This document shows positions 52,606 through 64,000 of a stretch of 64,000 nucleotides of DNA, piece by piece; within the stretch, counting starts at the first letter, position 1, and the number at the start of each line of letters is the position of its first letter. The translations under genes and the position numbers were made by a program. The notes beneath the pieces were generated by a model that saw only the letters and a program-made list of their open reading frames with translations, was not told the origin of the DNA and made no database searches. This DNA comes from Dipteris shenzhenensis (Eukaryota), in NCBI GenBank assembly GCA_047967505.1, contig CM106538.1; one strand, 5' to 3'.

Positions 52606-54298
52606 ATACAGAAGCTGCTTGCGTGACACAAGTGGAACCACAGGTGCTAAGTGCTAAAATCTTATTTTCATTGATGACCTAATAGAAAGCAAATATTTCT
52701 TCGCTCTCTTAGATAACCTTTTGTCCAAGTGATTTTCCCAATGAACTTTATGGTCTGTTGAACGTATATAATTAATACTGCAAAGGCATGTATATTGGAC
52801 TTCGTTACTCTTAACGAAAAGATTGACACTCTACTTGACATTGATTAAATAAGATCTCCATCCCTAAAGATTGACTATGCTTACAACAATGATCCTGCAC
52901 TCTTGGCTTCATTTCGGGGCTGTCACGGGATCTGCAGATAGTGTTGGCCACACTGGATTGGACATAGAGAACATGTGGTAGTCACGGCGCAAGTAGTGTG
53001 AGTGAGGGAATCACTGCACAGGAGAACATCCAAGAATTGCAAATACGGGAAGAGCAAATCTAAGAAGAAAATGTCCAAATCCAAGAAGTTGGATAACAAT
53101 GAGGAGGATTCGGATGCAACCAATTCGGACGGGAGGACTGAAGGTACCAATTTGGAGGATTCTGACTCAGAAGCAGAGATGAAGACCCACAGAACCGCTA
53201 AGGGAGGTAAGGGCATGCCAGTGGCTTCTAGAGAAGGATCTATACCTAAAGGCGATATGGTGTACTCACTGCCACATTCCTGGTCACTCCACAGTTGAGT
53301 GTGCTCTTAACAAGAATTGGTGCACAATTTGCTTGATTAATACACACAACATGGTGGCATGCCATTACAATGGGCATGGCCATAGAGCAGTTGGTTAGTA
53401 GCAGTAAGATGCGACTGCATCTTTTGTGCAAGAAGAGCCATAACAACAAGTGTTCCAACCACAGCAATAGACGTTCCAACGAGGTGGTGGCGATGATGGC
53501 CATGGACGCGGGACGTGGAGGCGGGGGTCATTGTGAGAATCATACGAAGACTTGTCTGTTTTGTTTGGGTAAAGGTTATTGGTGAAACGAATGCAGAATG
53601 GGATCAGTAATGTGCAGAGTGGCAAAAGTTGGCCGGGAAAATGCCTAGCATTTCGATGGTACACATCGTTGCTGATGATCTACTGGTGTGCCTGGAGATT
53701 AGCATAATCACCCATGCTAGTACTAAGCTACGAGGACCGAGTCCTAAGGACAGCAACAAGATGTTGGATTGGTTAGCTCAGGAACATGTGCACCGCCAAG
53801 TCTGTGAGTTGGTGGCAAAGGAGCAACCATTGATGTCTCTGCCAAAATCCACAATGACACCTAGTGAAGGGAGAAAGGTGTAGTTTGCGAAACCAGTTGT
53901 TCAATCAAAGGTGAAGACTCAAGTAAAATTCAAATTACACTTACCCAGGAAATGGTTCGACGACGGTCAAAGCAACTCCGTTGTTGGTCTGATAACCAAG
54001 CCAAGATGCGGGTGAATTCTCTGCAAAGGGAGTCGGGGTTGGAGTGCATTTTGGAGGCTCCTATCCAAATTTCATCGGGTTGTTTATTTAATGTGGTTCC
54101 AGGATTCCATCGACAATTGTTGCACTCCCTGCACACAGAGTTGGAACCAGAAGAGGTGGAGCTATGTCAAGCTGATTCATGCCCAGTTCTGATAGTTCCT
54201 TTGATTGACATGATAATTTCGGTGATTTCCACAAAGGCACAAAGTCGAACTTTTGCTCCAGGTGCTGGTTGATGGCAATTCGGGGGTAATATTATCAC

Positions 54299-54362
54299 TT
54301 TGAAGACCTACCAAGAAATGGGCTGGATGTCTTTGAAGACCTGCCAAGAAATGGGCTGGATA
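54299..54362 (+). repeat. 33-bp tandem duplication in the gypsy protease region
   Basis: TTTGAAGACCT(A/G)CCAAGAAATGGGCTGGAT occurs twice. Confidence 0.85.
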
Positions 54363-56856
54363 TCTTGGGAGCCGGCACCCTTCTTAGTCCACATGGATGA
54401 TCAATGCTAGGTTCGACCACTCGAAATCTTGCAAGTTGTTGTTCTGGAGGTGGCGGGCATATCATTCGTAGTGTCTTTTGTGGTGCTCAACATGGAAGCC
54501 ACAACACCATAGTATAGTGTACTTTTGGGTAGGCCTTGGTTGCAGTAAGAGAAAGTCAAGAAAAATTGAGACCAAAACGTCATTTCATTGCAAAGAGGAA
54601 AGAAGAAAGTTCGGATCACAATGGGAGTGGCGGCATCATTGGTGGATGCGGTCCAACCTGTGTTGGCAGAGACAGTGAATATGGCAGACGGTTTGGAGGA
54701 TGATGAGGAGGAAGCCTTTCTTAAGGCAAATCTGGTTCCTATCTTCACCATTGATGTGGAAGGCATTACTGACAGCTACATGCATCACAATGGTTTGGCA
54801 AAAGCAGTCAGCCCTATGTCCCAGAGGGGGAGTTCGAACCCCAACAAGTTGCAGTAGAATTGGATATATGGGATCTCCTGCAACAGGAGAGAAAATTTGA
54901 AGAACGAATGAGTAGAGTCATGTGCGTTCAAGAGCATGCTCTCGATACGGTTTTTCTCGGAGCGGATGGCACATCTAAACTAGTCACAGTCAGCACTCTG
55001 TTGACAACTGAATTTCATAGCGAATTGATTGTCTTGTTGCGAGAATTTCCCGATGTGTTCGCCTATGATTATGCGGATATGAAGGGTCTAGATCCTAAGT
55101 TTTACCAACACCATGTTATAACCTCAAGCCCGATGTCATTCCAATGAAGATACATAGGTATTGTATGAATCCGCATGTGGCCAAGCAAGTGCATGAAGAA
55201 TTGGAGCACTTGTTGTGGATGGGATTCATCGCACCAATTGATAATCTAGAGTGGATTTCCCCGTTTGTCATTGTGCAAAAGAAAAACAAGAAATTGTGGA
55301 TTTGTGTCAACTACTGCAAGCTGAATGTGGCCACAGTTCTTGATCCATTTCCCTTGCCATATATGGATTCACTGCTCAATGAAGTGGCAGGGCATGAGGT
55401 GCACTCCTTCTTGGATGGATATAGCGGGTACAACCAAATCCGAATGGCTTCGAAAGACAAGCCCAAAATAGCATTTATCACATCTTGATGGGGTCTATGT
55501 CTGCATAGTTATGTGGTTTGGATTGTGGAATGCTCCCTCAACCTTTCAAAGGGCAATACAAGATCTTCGGGTCCTACTTGACAGACTTCATGAGGATTTT
55601 CCCAGATGATCTTAGTGTGTTTGGAACTTTCGATGAGCACCTGGAGAACTTGCAAAAATGTTTCCAACGATGCAAGGAATTCTCCTTCAGCCTGAACCCA
55701 ATGAAACGTGCATTCAGAGTCTGTAGCAGCTAACTACTAGGGCATGTGATCTCAGCAAAAGGAATTGCAGTGGATCTGAATAAAGTGGTAGTAATTATGC
55801 AAGCCCCAGCACCAACGATGCCTAAGGAATGCTTGCGATTTTCGGGCCAAATTTGATGGCATGGCAGACATCTACAGTTATTGGCTCACATGGCAATTTC
55901 ATTGAATGCATTGGCTCATGTGGAATCGAAGGCATTTGTGTGGACTACAAAGTGCGACCAAGCATACCGGTAGCTGAAAATTCAGCTTTCTAGAGCATCG
56001 ATGCTACTGTCTCTGGATTGGGAGAAGAATTTTCATGTGTTTGTGGATGCCTCGGATCACGAGCCATTGGGATCATCTTGATGCAGGAAGATGCAAATAA
56101 GTGGTATCGCCGAGTCTACTATGTGAGCCGATGGCTCTCGACGACTGAAAAGAATTATTCCATCATAGAGCAAGAAGGACTGGGCATGATCTATTCTATC
56201 AAGAAATTTTGGCATTATTTGTTGGGCCGATCATTTATCTTCCATGTTGATCATTCCACATTATTATATTTGGTGAAGCAGCAAAGTCTTAAAGGTTGAT
56301 TAGCACAATGGGTGTTGCTCTTGTAGCAATATGTCTTTGATGTCATTCATCGCTCGGGCTCGCAGCACATGGTTGCAAATTACCTTTCCCGACTGGAGTC
56401 TAGGAAGCTACCAACGAGAGTGGAGGATGAATTCCCTGATGCAAAGCTTGTAATGATTTTTCAAGCAAATCGAGAGCAAATCCAATCACGGCAAAGGCTG
56501 AAGTCGTCCCAAAAGGACCATGGTCATGCTATGATGAGATGCTCTAGCATTTCTCTCTATACTGGCATCATGCCCAAATACATAAATTGGGATCAGAGGA
56601 AACACTTGGCATTGTGGAGCCGTTCCTTTGAAGTAGTCCTAGGATAGTTGTACCAACATCTAATGGAGGTGCTGTTGCAGTGTGTTCCACCTCATGAGCA
56701 GGAAGTAGTGTTCGTGGAAGCCCATTGTGGGGTTTCAAGTGGCCATTTTGGAGGTGAAGTCATTGTAAAGAAAGTTCTGCAGGCAGGGTTATGGGGGCCA
56801 ACCATACAGAAGGATGCTCGATGGTTTGCAAAAAGTTGCGACCTTTGCCAACGGTT

Positions 56857-59800
56857 TGTTGAGATATCGAGCTCCACTCGCGATATGCCAGGGTGACTGT
56901 TGTGCATTTATGTCACCGACTTGTTAGCTGGAGATGCGGTTGGTACACTGCCCACGAATAATAGCTGGGAGACAGCTATCCTTATCTACACTAGTTCGTG
57001 GCTCAGTTAGTATGCCACCTTAGTTAGTTGAGTTTGGTTTTGAGACCCACATATAGGGTTCTTCTATTTTCTTTGTACGAGAGTTCTTTTGGCTTTCACA
57101 ACTAAGAAGAGGAAAACTGTTTTCAGCCTCCACCTTTGTGTGTATTCCCCCATTGTGATTGTGAGAAAGCCTCAAGTGAGACTCCTTCCCTCTGTCCCGC
57201 AATCTTCACATGGTTTCAGAGCCTTGGTCGTGGTAAGGAGCTCAAGAAAGCAAGCCAAGTTCGTGGTGTCCTGGTAAGAGGACCAATGTTGCTTTCCTAT
57301 TTCGAGTTTGGGAGCAAATCTCTGCAGGTAGCACAGCCAGAAGTGCAGGAGTGCACTGTTTCAGATTGAGACGCCCTTCGTGGTGTGGCGAGAGCACAGT
57401 ATATGCTGCGGGTAAGGGCGAAGCCCTTAGTGACTTTATTTTTCTGATTTGAGGCCGTTTTAAAGGCGGAAGTTCTTCGTAGGCACTCAGAAAAAGGCCC
57501 TGTTTTTGCTGTGCGACCACTACGCGGCTAGTCGGTGGAAACGTGCCACAGAAATTGCATCGTATGCTTGTGTGTAGAGATATTGGGAGTTACAGATTCA
57601 TGCCTGTTGCCTGTTGATGCAAAATCGTCACTAGGAAGTGACTGTGTGGTGAAATACCACTTTCGTCAGTTTTGCAGATCTGCCCGTGTGAGGCAAAAAG
57701 CTGTGTTTTTTGCAGTGACAAAATATTTTGCAGTGTTCTGTAATGGCATCTGATTCTCTTTCACAGATTGTCACTGAAAAGCTTGACAAGAACAACTTCC
57801 AGGCATGGAAGTTTAGAATGACGAATTTCTTGATGGGAAAAGGCTATTGGGAATTCATTACAGGAAATGAAGAAGAACCTGTTCTTCCTAATGTTCCTAG
57901 TCAACAGGAAATGCAGGCATTCAAAGGATGGCATGAGAGAGCCAGGAAAGTTATGTACTGGCTGTCTATCAGTATTTCGGACTCCATGATTGTGCATATT
58001 CAGGATGCAAATACGCCAAAGGAGGCATGGGATACTTTGGCAAAAATGTATAGCACAAATACGCAAGCCAGGAAAATGCAACTCAAACAGGAGTTGCACA
58101 ATGTGCAGAGAGAAAATTTGAGCATAAATGACTACCACATGAAAGTGAAGAAAATTGCAGATGCACTTGCTTCCATTGGGTCGCCAGTGGATGATGATGA
58201 TTTGGTTTCTGTGACCTTGAATGGTCTACGAAAGGATTATGCATAGTTCCGAACATCCATTGCCGTCCGTGAAAACTTTCCTGATTTTGAGGAGTTGATT
58301 GCTCTTCTAATTTCTGAAGAGCAGAGAAATGGGGGTGCATCTTCTTCAGCAGGAACTTCAAAAGAAACTGTCTTCTACTCAAATGCTGGCAGAGGTAGAG
58401 GCAGAGGTAGAGGAGGCCGATCTGCAGGCCGTGGTAGAAATCAAAATATGCAGCAAACGCAAGAAAACCAGTCCTATGCAGGAGGACGTGGTAACTCTAG
58501 AGGCAGGGGGAGCCAAAGAGGCCGTGGTGGATGGCAGAGAAGCCAAAATGCAAACAGCAATGTTGAATGCTACTATTGTGGCAAAATGGGTCATATGGCT
58601 AAGGACTGCTACAAAAAGCAGAATGACATTATGAATGGAAAATTGCAGCAAGGCAATTATGCATCTTCTAGCAGGCAGGGTGAGCATCTATTTATGGTGC
58701 AGCATATGACCAATTCTGTGACAAGTGCAGAAGAACAAAATGATGTGTGGTATGTTGACTCAGGTGCATCAAACCACATGACAGGTCATGCAGAATGGAT
58801 GCAAGATGCAAGGAAGATGGAAAAGCCAGGATTTGTGGAGACTGGTGATGATACTGCACATCCTATTGTGCAGATTGGCAAAATTCCTTTGTCTATGCAG
58901 GATGGGAAAAAGAAATACTTGTCTGATGTATTTCATGTCCCGAACATCACCAAGAACCTGGTTTCTGTTGGTCAGATGGTTGAGCAGGGCTTGCAGGTCA
59001 GATTTAATCCTCATGGATGCTTTGTTGAGGATATGAAAAATAATGGTCGCTTGATAGCAAAAGGAAAGAAGAAGGGCAGGATGTTTACGTTGGATGCAGA
59101 CATGCCTGAATTGAGTGCAGCAATGTTTGCACATGGGACCGGTGTAGTTGCAGATATTGATATCTGGCACAAATGCATTGGTCATGTTAATATACAGCGA
59201 CTTAAATTAATGCAAGCCCAAAATATTGTTGCACGATTGCCAAAATTCAAGGTTGCAGAAATGCACAAGATTTGTGAAGCCTGTCAATTTGGGAAACAGG
59301 CAAGGAAACCTTTTCCTAGGCATGTTCAAGAGAGTAAAAAACCATTGGAATTAATCCACTCTGATGTGTGGACTACAAAAGCTGCATCTATTGGAGGCTG
59401 TCACTATTTTGTCACATTTATTGATGACTTCAGCAGAAAACTGTGGGTGTATTTTATGAAAAAGAAAAGTGAAGTGTTTGGGCACTTCAAAGCTTTCAAA
59501 GCTATGGTTGAAAAAGAAACAGGCCTGCAAATAAAATGCCTAAGGTCAGATGGAGGGGGAGAGTACCTCTCAAATGAGTTTGCAAGGTTCTTGCAGGAGC
59601 ATGGTATAAAGCAGCAATATTCATGCAGTCATACCCCACAGCAAAATGGAATTGCAGAAAGAAAAAACAGGCATATTGGAGAGGTGTCTCGGGCTATGCT
59701 AAATGAAAAAGATCTACCAGATTATTATTGGGTTGAAGCAGTTGCTACAGCAGTCTATATAATGAACAGGACTCCCACTGCAGCAATACATGGCATGACG

Positions 59801-62383
59801 CCAGAGGAGATGTATACTGGTAGGAAACCAGATATTTCTCATTTGAAGATTTTTGGTTGCATTGCTTATGTCCATGTGCTAGATGAGTTGAGGTCCAAGT
59901 TGGATCCAAAAGCTGAGAAGTGCATCTTTATTGGTTATTCTCTACAGCAGAAAGGGTATAGATGCTATAACCCTTCTACACGTAAGTTCACAGTGAGCAG
60001 AGATGTTGTTTTTGATGAGATGAGCAGCTGGTATAAACCAGTAAATGTGATGATTGATGTAGATGCACAAAATGGTAATGCTGCACAGAATGCACAGCAG
60101 CAATCACAAAATATCAGTGGACCTGGAGTGTCCTCTACCAGTGGTTCACATGCTTCGCCATGGACAGGTAGATTGAGATCAGGAGAATCCCCTCAAAGCA
60201 ATGCAGAGAGTGGTACGCAGGTATCACGAAAAGGAAAAGAGAAGGTAGATCAGCCCATGTTTGATGTGAATGTAGGTCACTCTTGTCTGGATGGTGAATC
60301 CAGTGGCTCAGAACAGAGCATTGATGATGAGTTGGGTATTCCTTCTGTTGTTACACCTGGAGTAAGGAAGACCAAGGATGTTTTGAGAGCACCTGGAAGT
60401 GAGCCTATTTTGCGCAGGTCTACCAGGGTTAGGTATCCTGTGGATAGGCTGAAATATGATGGATTTACAACCATTCACTATGCCTATATGGTCAAAGTGA
60501 TACAGGAACCAGAACCCACTTCTTTTGAGCAAGCCATGGGAAATGAAAAATGGGAGAAAGCCATGGATGAAGAAATGGATGCCTTGGATGCTAATGCTAC
60601 ATGGGAATTGGTGCCTTTGCCTAAAGGCAAGAATGCAATTGGCTGTAAGTGGGTTTATAAGATCAAGCACAATGCAGATGGTTCTGTGAATAGATACAAG
60701 GCAAGAGTAGTTGTCAAGGGGTATGCACAGACATATGGCATTGATTATGAAGAAACTTTCAGCCCGGTTGCAAGGATGGCAATCGTAAGAGCAGTCATTG
60801 CTATGGCTGCATCAAAGGGATGGTCTTTACATCAGATGGATGTAAAGAATGCTTTCTTGCATGGTGATTTGCAAGAAGAGGTCTTTATGGAGCAGCCAGC
60901 AGGTTATGTTCATGCTATTCATCCCGAGTTTGTTTGCAGGTTGAAGAAAGCCTTGTATGGCTTGAAGCAAGCACCTAGAGCATGGTCTGACAAGATAGGA
61001 CAGTATCTTGTCACTATTGGCTTTCAGATTTCCAAGGCAGATTTCTCACTCTATGTGAGAAAAACAGAGAAAGGGATTATGCTGCTGGTCATTTATGTTG
61101 ACGATTTGATCATCACAGGTGAAAATGCTATTGAGGCAGAAGTTTGAGATGAAGGATTTGGCAGAGCTGCGTTATTTCTTGGGCATTGAGGTGATTAGAT
61201 CACCAAGTGGGATACAGCTCTTGCAGAGGCAGTATGGATTGGACATGCTGTCCAAATATGGGATGACAGGCTGTAAGCCTATTTCAGTTCTTTTGGAGCA
61301 GAATGTGAAGCTGAGCGCAGATGCAGGTGAGCTTCTGGAGGACCCTACTATGTACAGACGCATAGTAGGAAGTTTGATTTACATGACTATTACCAGGCCA
61401 GATTTGAGCTATGCTGTTGGGTTGGTAAGTCAGTTTATGCAGGATCCAAGGAAACCGCATTTGGATGCGGCTAGACGCATACTCAAGTATGTGAAGTCCA
61501 CATTGCAGTATGGACTATTTTATGAGGCTGGGGTTCAGATACAGTTGCATGGATACACTGATGCTGATTGGGCTGGTAGCATTTCTGATAGACGATCTAC
61601 TAGTGGATATGTGTTCTCTTTTGGGAGTGCTACAGTCACTTGGAGCAGCAAGAAACAGCCTACAGTTGCCTTGTCGAGCACAGAGGCTGAGTACAGGGGT
61701 GCAGCAATGGCTGCATGTGAGGTAGCTTGGTTGCATAAGCTACTCTATGATATGCATCAGTCTACAGATGGGCCAGTTGTCATTTACTGTGACAACATGA
61801 GCAGCATACACTTGGCAAAGAACCCAGTCTTTCATGCCAGAACAAAGCACATTGAGGTGCATTATCACTATGTGCGGGAGAAGGTTTTACTAGGTCTTAT
61901 TGATCTAGTTTATGTCAGCACAGAGGATCAGGTAGCTGACATATTCACGAAAGCATTGGGCGCAAAGAAGCTGCGCAAGTTCAGAGACCTGCTTGGTGTG
62001 CAGGAATTGGGATTGAGCTCGAGGGGGAGTGTTGAGATATCGAGCTCCACTCGCGATATGCCAGGGTGACTGTTGTGCATTTATGTCACCGACTTGTTAG
62101 CTGGAGATGCGGTTGGTACACCGCCCACGAATAATAGCTGGGAGACAGCTATCCTTATCTACACTAGTTCGTGTCTCAGTTAGTATGCCACCTTAGTGAG
62201 TTGAGTTTGGTTTTGAGACCCACATATAGGGTTCTTCTATTTTCTTTGTACGAGAGTTCTTTTGGCTTTCACAACTAAGAAGAGGAAAACTGTTTTCAGC
62301 CTCCACCGTTGTGTGTATTCCCCCATTGTGATTGTGAGAAAGCCTCAAGTGAGACTCCTTCCCTCTCTCCCACAATCTTCACA
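56857..62383 (+). mobile_element. Ty1/copia family A, copy 3 (youngest)
   Basis: 354-bp LTRs at 56857-57210 and 62030-62383 with ~6 differences by eye. Perfect TSD CGGTT; PBS TGGTTTCAGAGC; PPT GAGGGGGAG. Confidence 0.97.
57743..62069 (+). pseudogene. copia gag-pol, one stop (58244) and one frameshifting deletion (~61120)
   Basis: ORFs 57728-58246, 58295-61147 and 61119-62069 together give all copia domains. Confidence 0.95.
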
Positions 62384-63647
62384 CGGTTGGGACAGTCCAC
62401 TGATCGAGACTGCATGCCACTTAATCCCATCTTGCCTTTGGAATCATTTTAGAAATGGGCTGTGGATTTCATGGGTCCATTCAAGCCCACAACTGCCCGA
62501 TGGGAATCGTTACACTTTGGTAGCCAGTGACTTTTGCACCAAATGGGTGGAAGCTTGGGCCTTGCAAGACAACACCCCAAAATCGGCCACAAAGTGTCTA
62601 TACCACAATGTGTTCACTCGGTTCGGGTGTCCAATTGAGATTGTCAGTGACATGGGGACTCATTTTGTCAACAAAGTCATCAAGGAGATGCAACGCTTTT
62701 TATATGGTGATTCATAAGAAGTGTTCTCCCTATTATCCACAAGTGAATGGACTGGCTGAGTCTACCAATCATACATTCAAGAGGATCATGTCGCTATTAG
62801 TGAATGAGCACCACATGAATTGGGATGAAAAGTTGCTGGCAGCACTATGGGCATAATGCACTTATTCAAGGTGGCCACAGGGTTGAGTCCTTTTAAATTG
62901 GCATTTGGGCTAGAAGCAATCATGCCGATTGAACATATTGTTCCGAGTACAAGGATTGCGGTAGAGGACAGGCTCCTCCCATAGGACTCTATGGTATTCC
63001 AATTGGATGTTCTCGACCAATTGGATGATTTGCGAGTGGAGAGCTATTATCTCACCTTGAAGGTTCAAGCTAGGCACAAGCGGAGGGGGGATTTGGCATC
63101 TAAGAAGAAATCTTTTGAGCACGGAAAACTAGTTCTTCTGTTCAACACTCGCCTTGGAAAAATGCCAGGGAAATTGAAATTGCGATGGTCTGGTCTATTC
63201 TAGGTTTTTCATAATTGTGGATCGACATCGTTTTATCTTGCGGATTTGCAAGGGCACGTTCTTCCACATCCAGTTAATGGGTTTTGGCTTCATCCATACC
63301 ATCATGACAGTAGGCTTCAATGCCCATTCCCTATCTCTAATGAGGCATGGATTTCTTAGATTGAGGTGGAGGCGGCCGAGCCATTGCATGAGGACAAATG
63401 GCAGAAGGGTTTGTGGCATGATGACATCAGTCTTCTGCAAGATCCTAGCCTAGATGCCATGCAACTCACTATCATCAAGATAGGATATTGGCTCTCTGAA
63501 TTCCAACTCTTGTTCCATTGTTTACATGTTGCAGTTTCTTGCTACTTGCTCATCATCGCACTTGCAGTTCTCTTGAGTGCTCCCTCTTCTTCCGTTGGTG
63601 TATATAGATTCTTAGTCAATTGATGCTCGTCTTCAATGGCTATAGAT

Positions 63648-64000
63648 TGTTGAGATATCGAGCTCCACTCGTGATATGCCAGGGTGACCGTTGTGCATTT
63701 ATGTCACCGACTTATTAGCTGTAGATGCAATTGGTACACCGCCCATGAATAATAGCTGGATGACAGCTATCTTTATGTACTCTAGTTAGTGGCTCAGTTA
63801 GTATGCCACCTAGGTTAGCTGAGTTTGGTTTGAGACCCACATATAGGGTTCACTTATTCCTTTTGTACTTAGAGAGAGTTCTTTTGTCTTTCACAACTAA
63901 GAAGAGGAAATTTGTTTTCAGCCTCCACCTTTGTGTGTATTCCTCCATTGTGTATGTGAGAAAGCTACAACTGAGACTCCTTACTTCTCTCCCACTCTCT
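63648..64000 (+). repeat. copia family A LTR running to the window edge (5' or solo LTR)
   Basis: TGTTGAGATATCGAGCTCC...; not preceded by a PPT. Confidence 0.93.

Larger units (their letters stand above)
52900..63330 (+). mobile_element. Degenerate Ty3/gypsy (gag-PR-RT-RH-INT) interrupted by copia A copy 3
   Basis: Protease LVDGNSGV (~54265). RT WISPFVIVQKKNKKLWICVNYCKLN..DPFPLP..FLDGYSGYNQI. RH NYSIIEQE..HVDH. Integrase zinc finger AH..GHF..CDLCQR resumes after 62388 with TKWVEA, IVSDMGTHF, YYPQVNGLAE, PGKLKLRWSG. LTRs not identified. Confidence 0.9.

Overview
Eukaryotic, repeat-dense DNA with no intact host gene; the element types suggest a non-seed land plant such as a fern or lycophyte (inference). 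It is a nested transposon cluster. It holds three near-full-length copies of one Ty1/copia family with ~350-bp LTRs (18419-26510, 29687-35409, 56857-62383), a minus-strand tandem array of RNaseH+LTR units and one more LTR of that family. It also holds two other copia elements (8747-12981, lacking RT; 41996-47865, inside a CT microsatellite), a degenerate Ty3/gypsy, a minus-strand L1-like LINE, MITEs, two decayed LTR-element tails and a spliced pseudogene. The most notable signal is missed by the ORF track: a decayed Penelope-like retroelement (~6440-14062) split in frame by a copia insertion. Its RT motifs resemble the Naiad/Chlamys type, it has no C-terminal endonuclease, and it has a possible N-terminal GIY-YIG remnant.
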